DNA from: Nitrosopumilus sp.
GTDB taxonomy: Archaea; Thermoproteota; Nitrososphaeria; Nitrososphaerales; Nitrosopumilaceae
Direction of reading: 5' to 3'
Assembly: GCA_965207075.1 (NCBI GenBank)
Contig: CBDBLO010000002.1
Span: forward strand, 1,696,001 to 1,760,000
DNA length: 64,000 nt
The notes below the pieces were generated by a model. It was given only the letters and a program-made list of their open reading frames with translations, had not been told where the DNA came from and made no database searches. Position 1 is the stretch's first letter. Each line of letters opens with the position of its first letter. The translations under genes were made by a program, and so were the position numbers. Below are positions 21,318 through 30,300 of this stretch, one piece after another.

Positions 21318-21626
21318 TTAGTCGGTGGGGTTGACCTTCATCTCGCCGTACTTGCCAGAAGATATCGATATCTCGCCCCGGAACTCCTTGGTATACCCGT
21401 TGATGATCTCGATAATGTCGCCCTCCTTGACCTTGGAGATGTCGTCACCCCAGAGCGTCAGCTTTATCTCGCCGGAGTCATCGGCAAGTATGTGGTCGCA
21501 CACGTCCTTTGGCTCGCCGGACCTTAGGGTCACCGTCCTTCGATCGCCCAGCCTCTTGACGGAAGTCTTGATGTTAATCCCGCCGCGCATCTTTTTGGCC
21601 TGCTCGACCGTTACGTAGTCTGTCAT
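21318..21626 (-). CDS. ssb: Single OB-fold ssDNA-binding protein
   Basis: LADDSGEIKLTLWG...INGYTKEFRGEISISSGKYG motif; TTATAA upstream. Confidence 0.88.
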   Translation of the reverse strand: MTDYVTVEQAKKMRGGINIKTSVKRLGDRRTVTLRSGEPKDVCDHILADDSGEIKLTLWGDDISKVKEGDIIEIINGYTKEFRGEISISSGKYGEMKVNPTD

Positions 21627-21729
21627 ACTGCCCCGTTTCATGCAAGTAATTATAAGCCTTTGTCGCAGGCGGGCACGGGCGGCAAGGCGGATCGAAATTG
21701 AGAAATAACGACTGTGCGGGCGCATAGTC

Positions 21730-21825
21730 GCAGAGATATCGAAGCCCGGTCAACCGAGAGGGACTCAAGATCCGTAAGTGATCCCTTCTCTTAGGAGTTC
21801 GTGGGTTCGAATCCCACTCTCTGCA
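21730..21825 (+). tRNA. tRNA-Leu(CAA) with 11-nt intron at 37/38 (21770-21780); presumed integration target
   Basis: Acceptor GCAGAGA/TCTCTGC, anticodon arm AGGGA-CTCAAG|intron|A-TCCCT, long variable arm, GGTTCGAATCC. AG|A and TG|A bulges fit a relaxed BHB/BHL motif. Confidence 0.92.
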
Positions 21826-21875
21826 CTACAAATGATGCAGAAATACTTAATATCGGGGCGTATGTACCCATTGTA

Positions 21876-23051
21876 ATGCGCGGGCAGACGCTGCCGAGGG
21901 CGCTCGACGTAAAGTCAGAGTCCGTCCGGCAGTTCCTCAAAGGATTCAAAAGCGGGGAGACAAGGGTGGGGTATTCGCGCAAGCTGTGCCAGTTCCTGGA
22001 CGCGAGCGGTATTGCGCCCGACGACCTGCTGGCAGAGGCGCGCGGCAACCCCGTGAAAGTGCGGCGGCGCATCATCGATTTTGTGGAGGAGCGCAGGAAC
22101 AAGGTGTCCGGCTCGACGATAAACCAGACGGTCGTGGCGCTAAAGCATTTTTTTGAGATGAACGACGCGGAGGACGCGATATCGTGGAAGAAAATAACAA
22201 AGATAATGCCGCGCGTCCGCAAGACCGGGAGCGACCGCGCCCCCACCATACAGGAGATACGGCTCATGGTGGACGCGGCCGACGCGCGCACCAGGTGCAT
22301 CATCCTGGTGTGCGCAAGCTCCGGGATAAGGGTGGGCGCGTTTGACGGCATGCGGTGGGGGGACGTAACGCCGGTGCCCGCAGGGGAGGGCGGCGTCCGC
22401 GCGGCTCGCCTCCTGGTGTACAGGGACTCGGCAGAGGAGTATGTCACGTTTGTGAGCCCCGAGTGCCACGAGGCACTGCTCAGGTACAGGGCGATGCGCG
22501 AGGAGGCAGGCGAGAGGGTGACGGACGACTCGCCGCTCATACGGGATGCCTGGGACACCCACCCGTACCGCAAGGACCTGAGAAAGGATCCGGGTATCGC
22601 CACGCCCCTTGCCTCCAAGACCATATCAAACATGATGGGCAGGTTTCTCAGGACGCTCAACATGCGCAACAGGACGCGGGCGCGCGCAGCAGGGCACGAG
22701 TTCAAGCAGATCCACGGGTTCCGCAAGTACTTTAAGACGAACGCGGAGCGCACCATGAAGACCATCGACGTGGAAAAGCTGATGGGGCACGCCGAGAACT
22801 ATTACAAGCCGCCGGAGGAGTACCTGCTTGAACAGTATGCGGCGGCGGTGCCGAACCTGACCGTATCAGAGGAGGCCGAGCTCCGGGGCGCCATCGAGAG
22901 GCAGGCCGCGATGAGCGACAAAAAGGTGGGGGAGATCGAGCGGGAGAACGAGGACCTGCACGAGCGGCTTGCCAAACTTGAGAGCAGCTACGCGTCGGTG
23001 CGGGAGATCCTCGAGAACGTCCTGATCTCAAAGACCGGGGCCGGCCGCTAG
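21876..23051 (+). CDS. int: Tyrosine integrase
   Basis: SSGIRVGA (R), HGFRKYF (HxxR), LMGH and NYY (Y) catalytic motifs, N-terminal core-binding region, C-terminal coiled coil; TACTTAATA upstream. Confidence 0.93.
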   Translation: MRGQTLPRALDVKSESVRQFLKGFKSGETRVGYSRKLCQFLDASGIAPDDLLAEARGNPVKVRRRIIDFVEERRNKVSGSTINQTVVALKHFFEMNDAEDAISWKKITKIMPRVRKTGSDRAPTIQEIRLMVDAADARTRCIILVCASSGIRVGAFDGMRWGDVTPVPAGEGGVRAARLLVYRDSAEEYVTFVSPECHEALLRYRAMREEAGERVTDDSPLIRDAWDTHPYRKDLRKDPGIATPLASKTISNMMGRFLRTLNMRNRTRARAAGHEFKQIHGFRKYFKTNAERTMKTIDVEKLMGHAENYYKPPEEYLLEQYAAAVPNLTVSEEAELRGAIERQAAMSDKKVGEIERENEDLHERLAKLESSYASVREILENVLISKTGAGR

Positions 23052-23165
23052 GGGCCGGCGCGCGGCGCTCCTGCCTGCAGCCGGGGCCGGGGGCGCGCCG
23101 CCCGGCGAAACCGTGCGGGGACTGCCGCGCCCATCCGGCGTTATAAGCGGGCGCATGCGTACCGT

Positions 23166-23417
23166 GTGATGAAGCGCAGGGTTACGGTCTCGGTTTCCAG
23201 CGACGAGATCGCGCTGATCAGGTCCAAGCTGGCGTCGGTGGGGGTCCAGATCGCGGATCTCAGGGTGGCGCTGGGGGCCCAGCAGGCCCGCGTGCGGGAG
23301 GCGCTTCTGGGCCTCGGGGACGGGGGGCGTGACGGGGCGGGGGCGGCCCCCGACTGTGCGGGCGGAAGCGCCCGCCGGGACCGCGTGCCGCGGGGACGCG
23401 TGGGGTGTGCGGGTTGA
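23166..23417 (+). CDS. Small coiled-coil hypothetical protein
   Basis: TTATAAG box about 22 nt upstream; TTGA coupling to the next gene. Confidence 0.55.
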   Translation: MMKRRVTVSVSSDEIALIRSKLASVGVQIADLRVALGAQQARVREALLGLGDGGRDGAGAAPDCAGGSARRDRVPRGRVGCAG

Positions 23418-24166
23418 CAGAGGCCTCCGAGGTGCTGATTTTCAGGGATTACTCGGGCTGGGAGGAGCCCGCGCTGACCACCCCGTTCGGGTTCATGTCG
23501 CTGCGCAACGTGGCGGTGCTGGGCGTCTTCGGCCTGGCGTCCGCCGCGCTCTACTGGGCTGCGGTGCCCGACAACGTGGAGATAGAGCGGGACTGGATGT
23601 CGGTGTGCGCGGCCCTCCTGCCGCTGGGGGCGGGCGCGGCGCTGGGAATCATAAAGACTCCGTACGGGACGGCGGACGTCGTGCTGCTTGCCGTGCTGTC
23701 GCTGCTCGCGGCCCGCCTCCGGGCAGGGGCGGGCGGCGGTGGCTGGGCGCAGAAGATGCGCAAGAGACGGGGCAAGGCAGACGCGCGCAAGAAATCCAGG
23801 GTGCTCGGGTTCCCGCGCCGGCTCGACGTCGACACCGCGCAAAAGGCCGACCGCATACGGGAGATACCGTGCGCCGACTTGGACGAGCTAAAGTCCATAC
23901 GCGTCACCATACATGGCGGCGGCGGAGCCGTGCTGGGCAACAGGCTCGTCCGGTGCTATCTGGATGACGAGCTGATAGACGCGCTGCGGACGTCTGCAGA
24001 GGGAGCGCTTGTGCTGCACGTCAGGCCCGAGCGCGAGGGTTCCAGGATCCTCACCATACGGGAGCGCGAGGGCGGCGCGGTCCTGCTGCGCAGGACGCTG
24101 CGGTTTGTGCGCCGCGGCGGCGGCGGCGGCGGCGGCGGCAGCAGCAGCAGCAGCAGCAGCAGGTGA
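23414..24166 (+). CDS. Membrane protein, PrgI/VirB3-like N-terminus plus Ig-like C-terminus
   Basis: IFRDYSGWEEP...FGFMSLRNV followed by 2-3 TM helices resembles PrgI; lies near virB4. Family call is inference. Confidence 0.6.
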   Translation: MTEASEVLIFRDYSGWEEPALTTPFGFMSLRNVAVLGVFGLASAALYWAAVPDNVEIERDWMSVCAALLPLGAGAALGIIKTPYGTADVVLLAVLSLLAARLRAGAGGGGWAQKMRKRRGKADARKKSRVLGFPRRLDVDTAQKADRIREIPCADLDELKSIRVTIHGGGGAVLGNRLVRCYLDDELIDALRTSAEGALVLHVRPEREGSRILTIREREGGAVLLRRTLRFVRRGGGGGGGGSSSSSSSR

Positions 24167-24492
24167 TTGGGATGGGCATCTACCGCGTCAGGATCTACGG
24201 AAAGACCAAGGCCGAGCTGGAGATAGTCGCGAACGGAACGATCCTCTGCACCGCCGGCGGCGGCCCGACAAGCCACTTTGCGGTGCCCCTCCGGGATCTG
24301 GTATTTGCAGAGCAGGTATCGCACAATACTATACTGCTCAACTTTTTTCATAACGGCGACGCGGACTCGCTGGTGCAGGTCTCCGTGACCTCCGGGAACT
24401 GCTCCGCCATGATGGGCGAGATCACGTCTGCCGTGTCGTCACTGCCGTCACTGGCCGAGCCTAAAGACCCTGCCGCTCTCCGTGACGACTGA
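24163..24492 (+). CDS. Hypothetical protein, possible PH-like fold
   Basis: GTGA coupling; beta-strand pattern ending in one helix. Confidence 0.5.
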   Translation: MIGMGIYRVRIYGKTKAELEIVANGTILCTAGGGPTSHFAVPLRDLVFAEQVSHNTILLNFFHNGDADSLVQVSVTSGNCSAMMGEITSAVSSLPSLAEPKDPAALRDD

Positions 24493-24846
24493 GACCGTGC
24501 CGCCGTCAAGGGCCGATGTGATGCGGACCAGGCTGCCCACGCGCAGCTCGTCGACAGGCCCGTCCCTGTCCCGGACCGTGTACGCGCCGTCCCTGACGCC
24601 GTCCACGTACAGGTGCCTTATCCTGACGTCTCTTATGCCGGTGTTTATCAGGTCCGCCGTGGCCGGCTCGGTGTCCGTTATCTCCACCAGCGTAAGGCGC
24701 TCCGCGGCCTGCGCCTTGTACAGGTCGAGCCTGTCGCCGTACGACGTGATCCTGTCCCCGACGTCGTCAGTCGCGCCCTGGTACAGCGCCGCGAAAAAGA
24801 CGCCGACCACGCCGAATATCAGGACGTACTGCACCATCTGGTTCAC
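24448..24846 (-). CDS. Pilin-like protein lacking a basic leader
   Basis: GTGA-coupled start gives MNQMVQYVLIFGVVGVFFAALY, then INTGIRDVRIRHLYVDG, typical of archaeal pilin heads. Confidence 0.7.
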   Translation of the reverse strand: MNQMVQYVLIFGVVGVFFAALYQGATDDVGDRITSYGDRLDLYKAQAAERLTLVEITDTEPATADLINTGIRDVRIRHLYVDGVRDGAYTVRDRDGPVDELRVGSLVRITSALDGGTVSVVTESGRVFRLGQ

Positions 24847-25262
24847 GGCGTGACCACCTCGCAGAGTGCGCTGCCCCCCACCCCGCCTCCCACGAGTCCC
24901 ACCACCCTCACGGGCAGCAGGCCGGACTCCTCCACGCCAGTCGTTACGAACTCCAGCACCGCGGTCTGTCCCGGCTCCCACACCGCGCGGGACGACGCGG
25001 CGGGCGCGTCGCCGGCGCCCGCCGTGACGCGGTACTCCAGCATCGGGTGGTCTCCCGTGTTCCGCACCGTCGCCTGGGCCCAGTACGTGTTGTCGGATAT
25101 CTCGTGCATCTCCACCCACGCGGCGCACTCGGCCCCCTGCAGTACGTCGTGCGCGCCGGAAAACCACGCCGCGAGTGCGCCGGCGCCCACTACCGCCACC
25201 GAGACCAGCACCAGGACCTCGATCATCCCAGACACCGCGTGCCGCCGCTTGCGCCGCGTCAC
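24843..25262 (-). CDS. Archaeal type IV pilin
   Basis: Class III signal MTRRKRRHA/VSGMIEVLVLVSVAVVG; VRNTG motif. Confidence 0.85.
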   Translation of the reverse strand: MTRRKRRHAVSGMIEVLVLVSVAVVGAGALAAWFSGAHDVLQGAECAAWVEMHEISDNTYWAQATVRNTGDHPMLEYRVTAGAGDAPAASSRAVWEPGQTAVLEFVTTGVEESGLLPVRVVGLVGGGVGGSALCEVVTP

Positions 25263-27322
25263 CCCCGCACCGCCTTTGTGTTAAAGTACCGCCTTGCCTC
25301 GTCGGCCGTCGCCTCGAACCTGAGGTATACCGCGTTGTCGCTTGTCTGGAGCAGCCCCATCCCGGACCGGAAGTTAGTGACCCGCTCGATCTCCCGCTCG
25401 GTGAGCCCCAGGGCCGCGCCCATTGTACGCGCGGCCGACTGCGGCATCTGCATTATCACCTTGGTGTCGAACAGCTCGGTGAGCCTGGACTCGTCGTCTA
25501 GCGCGCGGTCCATGTCGGAGAACTGCTGCGTGGAGACCGCGAATATCAGCGAGCGCTTGCGGCCCTGCCGCGCCATCTCGCCTATCTTGCGTATGCTGTG
25601 CCCGAGCTTTGTCATGCGCCACGCCTCGTCAAGCAGGACGAACTTCCACTGTTTTGCCGGCAGCTCGTTTACGCGCCTCCACGCGTACGCCAGGACAAGC
25701 AGGATCAGCAGCCCCTCGTACTCCTGCCCGTCCGTGTTCCTCAGCGATATTACCATTTTGTCCGAGAACCTAGGGGCTCCCCTGAAGACGCTGGAGACCC
25801 CGCCGCGGACGAGGTCTGCCAGGTACCCCCTCGAGGCCTCGGAGCTTGCCTCGTACAGCCCTCCTACCGAGCGCACCGCATCGCAGACGCTCCTCCACTC
25901 CCTTCTGGTCTGGTTGGGCGCGTTGGTGGCGGCCCCCAGCAGGTCGGCCGCCTCGACCGGGGAGCCGAGCACGGCAAACGGGTCCAGCCCGTACTCGTAC
26001 CCGGGGCTCACCTCTACCCTGTCAAGCCCAAAGTACTCGGCGTGCTCGGCGTACTCGCCCTGCGGGTCTATCACTATGCACATGGTGTCCGGGCGCTTTT
26101 CAAGAAAGCGCTTGAGCAGCACCTTGTTCGTAAACGACTTGCCCGATCCGGTGGTCCCCGCCGTGAACACGTTGTGGTTCTTTCGGAGGTTGACGTCGTA
26201 TATGACGGGGCCCTGCGTGTCGAGGTTGCGGCCCAGCACGACGCCGTTTGGAACCTCGAGCATGTCGGATGACACGAACGGGTAGAGCACATGCATGCTG
26301 TGTATGGCGCCCAGCCACGACGCGCCCCCGCCCTGCACGATGTGGCGCTGCCTGCCAAGCGACGTCGTGACGCGGACGTTCATCGCCGACGTGTTGCGCT
26401 TGACTGCACGGTGCAGCCCGCGGAGTTCACGCCTGGATGCGGCGAACACGAACCCGTTGACTGTGAACGAGAACGCCGACGTGTTGCCGAGCTCGAGCTC
26501 CCGCTTGAGGGCGCGTATGTCCCGCAGCTTCTTCTGGACGTCGGCCCTGCTTGTGCGCACCCCGCTGTAGAGCAGCTCGCGGTTCTCCATCTTGCGGAGG
26601 GCGTCGTCGGGGCGGACCGGCGCCACGCGTATCTGGAGCCGGTGGAACGTGCCGAACACGTCGTGCACCCACGCCGGCGGCAGCGCGGCGGGGGCCCCGT
26701 ACACGGTGTACGCCCTCCCGTACAGGGGCGAGCCGTCCATTACACACGCAAAGTCCCGGGCCCACTGCTCCGTGACCTCTGGCGCGCCGCGGGGCTCGTC
26801 TATCGTATACGAGAATCCCAGCCTCTCAAGCACGTCATCTAGGGGGTCTGCCGCGTCGAGCATGACCCGCAGCACGTCCATCCTGCTGCTGCCGCCGCCG
26901 CCGTCCCCCCGGCCGCCGTCCCCCCCGACGCATATGGGCACGCGCTCAAGGGTGATGACGGCCGGATGCTCAAGCATCCTGAGCAGCTCAAAGAACTCTG
27001 CGAGCCTGCGCCGCCGCTTCTCCTCCGGCAGTATGCGGAAGTTTGCCGGGGTTATCGAGTATGCGTGCCCGTATGTGCGCCGGGGCGGCCCGCCGAAGAG
27101 GCGCTCGCGTATGATCTCCACGCGTATGGTGCGCCGTGCGGCTTTTAAGCGGGTGCGCAAGAGCGGGGGGGGAGAGGGCTGCCAAGAACCGGCAACCCGG
27201 GACGTCCGGCCCCTCCTGCCGCGCCCGGTGCGGTAGCGGGATCCCCGGCGCGCGGCCGCAGCCTCCCTTTGTACGCCCCGGCTCAGGAGTGCGGGCCCGT
27301 CCCGCGCCGCGATCGCGGACAC
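25259..27322 (-). CDS. virB4: VirB4-like ATPase
   Basis: GVVLG..L..GPVIYD...NHNVFTAGTTGSGKS (Walker A), VIDPQGEY, VLLDEAW (Walker B), RQGRK and STQ motifs. Confidence 0.88.
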   Translation of the reverse strand: MSAIAARDGPALLSRGVQREAAAARRGSRYRTGRGRRGRTSRVAGSWQPSPPPLLRTRLKAARRTIRVEIIRERLFGGPPRRTYGHAYSITPANFRILPEEKRRRRLAEFFELLRMLEHPAVITLERVPICVGGDGGRGDGGGGSSRMDVLRVMLDAADPLDDVLERLGFSYTIDEPRGAPEVTEQWARDFACVMDGSPLYGRAYTVYGAPAALPPAWVHDVFGTFHRLQIRVAPVRPDDALRKMENRELLYSGVRTSRADVQKKLRDIRALKRELELGNTSAFSFTVNGFVFAASRRELRGLHRAVKRNTSAMNVRVTTSLGRQRHIVQGGGASWLGAIHSMHVLYPFVSSDMLEVPNGVVLGRNLDTQGPVIYDVNLRKNHNVFTAGTTGSGKSFTNKVLLKRFLEKRPDTMCIVIDPQGEYAEHAEYFGLDRVEVSPGYEYGLDPFAVLGSPVEAADLLGAATNAPNQTRREWRSVCDAVRSVGGLYEASSEASRGYLADLVRGGVSSVFRGAPRFSDKMVISLRNTDGQEYEGLLILLVLAYAWRRVNELPAKQWKFVLLDEAWRMTKLGHSIRKIGEMARQGRKRSLIFAVSTQQFSDMDRALDDESRLTELFDTKVIMQMPQSAARTMGAALGLTEREIERVTNFRSGMGLLQTSDNAVYLRFEATADEARRYFNTKAVRG

Positions 27323-27347
27323 TTGCCGCCGGCGCGGCCGCGCCCGG

Positions 27348-30300
27348 CTAGGAGACGGTCACGGACGTCACCTTCTCGGCAAACTTGCCCGCGCTGTCCG
27401 TGCACCGGTAGCTGAAGTAGTAGGTGCCGGCCTTGCTCGTGTCCAGATCGTCAAACCAGTATATGGTTATGTCGGTTATGGCGCCGTCCTCGGCGTCGTG
27501 GCACGTCGCCGGCGGGGGCGTGAAGCTGCCCCCGACCCTGACGGGCGGTATGTCCGGTATGCTCAGGACCGGCTTTAGGTTCTCGTCGGCCGTCACGTAC
27601 ACGGTCCTGACGTTGTCGCCGCTGTTCCAGTTGCCCGAGCTGTCCTCGCACCAGTACGTTATCGTGTACTTGCCCGCCGTGCCGGTGTCCACCGGGTTGC
27701 GGCTGGAGTAGACGGTGGCGGGCTTTGGCGGGTCGACGTCGTCCACGCACGTCGCGCCCGGGTCGCTCCACGCGCTTCCCAGCTTTACCGTCGTCGGCGA
27801 GGCGCCGTTGAGCACGACCCTCGGCGGGGAGGTGTCGGTGACGGACGCCACCGCCCTGGATATGGCGGAGCGGTTGCCGTCGCTGTCGGTGCAAGAGTAC
27901 GTTATGGTGGCGCCCGTCTGGCCGCGCGTTATGCTGGTGGTGACGAGGTGCGAGATGTCGCCGTCCTGCGGGTCGACGCATCGCGCGTCAGAGGAATAGT
28001 CCGGGTCTCCCTGCGAGGGGACCGACGAGCGGAGGTGGAGCAGGTACAGGTTGGGGTTCGTGTCGGGGTCGCGGGGCGGCGCGGAGACCCTTATGGTGAC
28101 GGTGTCGGTGTCGGTGCGTGACGAGGAGTCGGTTACCGTGAGGGTGAAGGCCAGGGTCGCGGGGCCCGCGGGCGCCGTGAATGTGGGGGATTCCGCGGTG
28201 GCGCTTGAGAGCGAGACCGCGGGGCCCGAGTCCTGGGCCCACGAGTGGGATATGGACGCGCCGGTGGAGCGGGAGCCGTCAAGCGTGACGGTGGCGCCCG
28301 AGGAGACCGTACGGTCCCGCCCCGCGTCTGCGACGGGCGCCTCTGCGGCCCTGACGGTTATGGTGACAGAGTCCGTCGACTGGCGCGACTCGGGGTCCTC
28401 CACCGTGAGCGTGAAGACCAGGGTCGCGGGGCCCGCGGGCGCGGTAAACGCGGGGGATGCCGCGGTGTCGCTTGAGAGCGCGACCGCGGGGCCCGAGTCC
28501 TGCTCCCAGAGGTAGTCAAGCGAGGTGCCAGTCGAGGCCGAGCCGTCGAGCGTGACGGTGGCGCCCGACCCGACCGTGCGGTCCGGCCCCGCGTCTGCGA
28601 CCGGCACGTTTGGCGCGGATACCGTGACTGTCACGGTGTCAGTAGAGGACTGGGACGCCGTGTCCGTTACGGTAAGGGTGAAGACCAGGGTTGCGGGGCC
28701 CGCCGGCGCGGTAAACGTGGGGGATTCCGCAGTTGTATTTGAGAGCGTCACGGAGGTGCCCGAGTCCTGGGCCCACGAGTAGGTTATGGAATCGTTGTCC
28801 TCCGAGTCAGAGCCGTCGAGCGTGACCGTCGTACCTGGTGTGACCGTCTGGTCGTCCCCGGCGTCTGCCACCGGCGGGGTGTCCGTCGCAAGCCGGAGTA
28901 TCTGGACGCCGTCGTCGTCAGATGACGCCACCGCGGCGTACGTGCTGCCGCCCGTCTGGAAGGTGGTGATGGCGCGGGGGCCGTTAAGCTCGAGGGAGCC
29001 GCCGTCCGTTATCTGGTCGGCGGCGGTGACGTTGTGCGGGTCCGAGATATCGAGTATCTGGACGCCGTCGTCGTCAAATGAGGCCACCGCGGCGTAGATG
29101 CTGCCGCCTGCCTGGAAGGTGGTGATGCCGCTGGCGCTTTCAAGCTCGAGGGTGGCGTCGTCCGTTATCTGGTCGGTGGCAGAGATGTCTGAGGGGTCCG
29201 AGACGTCGAGTATCTGGACGCCGTCGTCTGCAAATGACGCCACCGCGGCGTAGATGCTGCCGCCTGCCTGGAAGGTGGTGATGCCGGTGGCGCCGGCAAG
29301 CTCGAGGGTGGCGTCGTCAGTTATCTGGTCGGTGGCCGAGATGTCGTGCGGGTCTGAGACGTCGAGTATCTGGACGCCGTGGTCTGCAGATGACGCCACC
29401 GCGGCGTAGGTCTTGCCGCCCGCATGGAAGGTGGCGATGGCGCGGGCGCCGTCAAGCTCGAGCGAGCCGCCGTCCGTTATCTGGTCGGTGGCCGAGATGT
29501 CTGAGGGGTCCGAGACGTCGAGTATCTGGACGCCGTCGTCGAAAAATGACGCCACCGCGGCGTAGGTCCTGCCGTCTACCTGGAAGGTGGTAATGCCACG
29601 GGCGTCTTCAAGCTCGAGGGTGGCGTCGTCAGTTATCTGGTCGGTGGCCGAGATGTCTGAGGGGTCCGAGACGTCGAGTATCTGGACGCCGCCGTCGTCA
29701 AATGAGGCCACCGCGGCGTACGTGCCGCCGCCCGCATGGAAGGTGGCGACATCGCGGGCGCCGTCAAGCTCGAGCGAGCCGCCGTCCGTTATCTGGTCGG
29801 TGGCCGAGATGTCTGAGGGGTCCGAGACGTCGAGTATCTGGACGCCGTTGTCGAAAGCTGACGCCACCGCGGCGTAGATGCTGCCGTTGACCTGGAAGGT
29901 GGCGACGCCAAAGGCGCCGCTAAGCTCGAGGGAGCCGCCGTCCGTTATGCCGTCCCTGGCCTCCAGGGCGAGCACGGGGCTGCCGACCGTTATCGTGACG
30001 GTGTCGGTGCCCGTCTGCATTTCCGTGTCGGTTGCAGTAAGCGCAAAGGTGAGCGTGTGGGTCCCGGCGGGCGCCGCAAACGCGGGGGACGCGGCAGTCG
30101 TGTTTGAGAGCGTCACGGAGGCGCCGAACGTCTGGGCCCACGAGTAAGATATGCCGGCGCCAGCGGAGCCGGTGCCGTCAAGCGTGACTGTTGCGCCGGG
30201 CGATACCGTCTGGTCGTCCCCGGCGTCGACCACCAGTGCCAGCGTGATCGGGTAGACGGAGGCCAGGTCGTACTCGTTTACGTCGACTCCGGAAGCGCCC

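Noticed and set aside
21801-21875. Integrase ORF extending into the tRNA T-arm, suggesting an SSV1-type split integrase
   Set aside because: The gene from ATG 21876 has its own TATA box, an N-terminal domain and all catalytic residues, so it looks intact.
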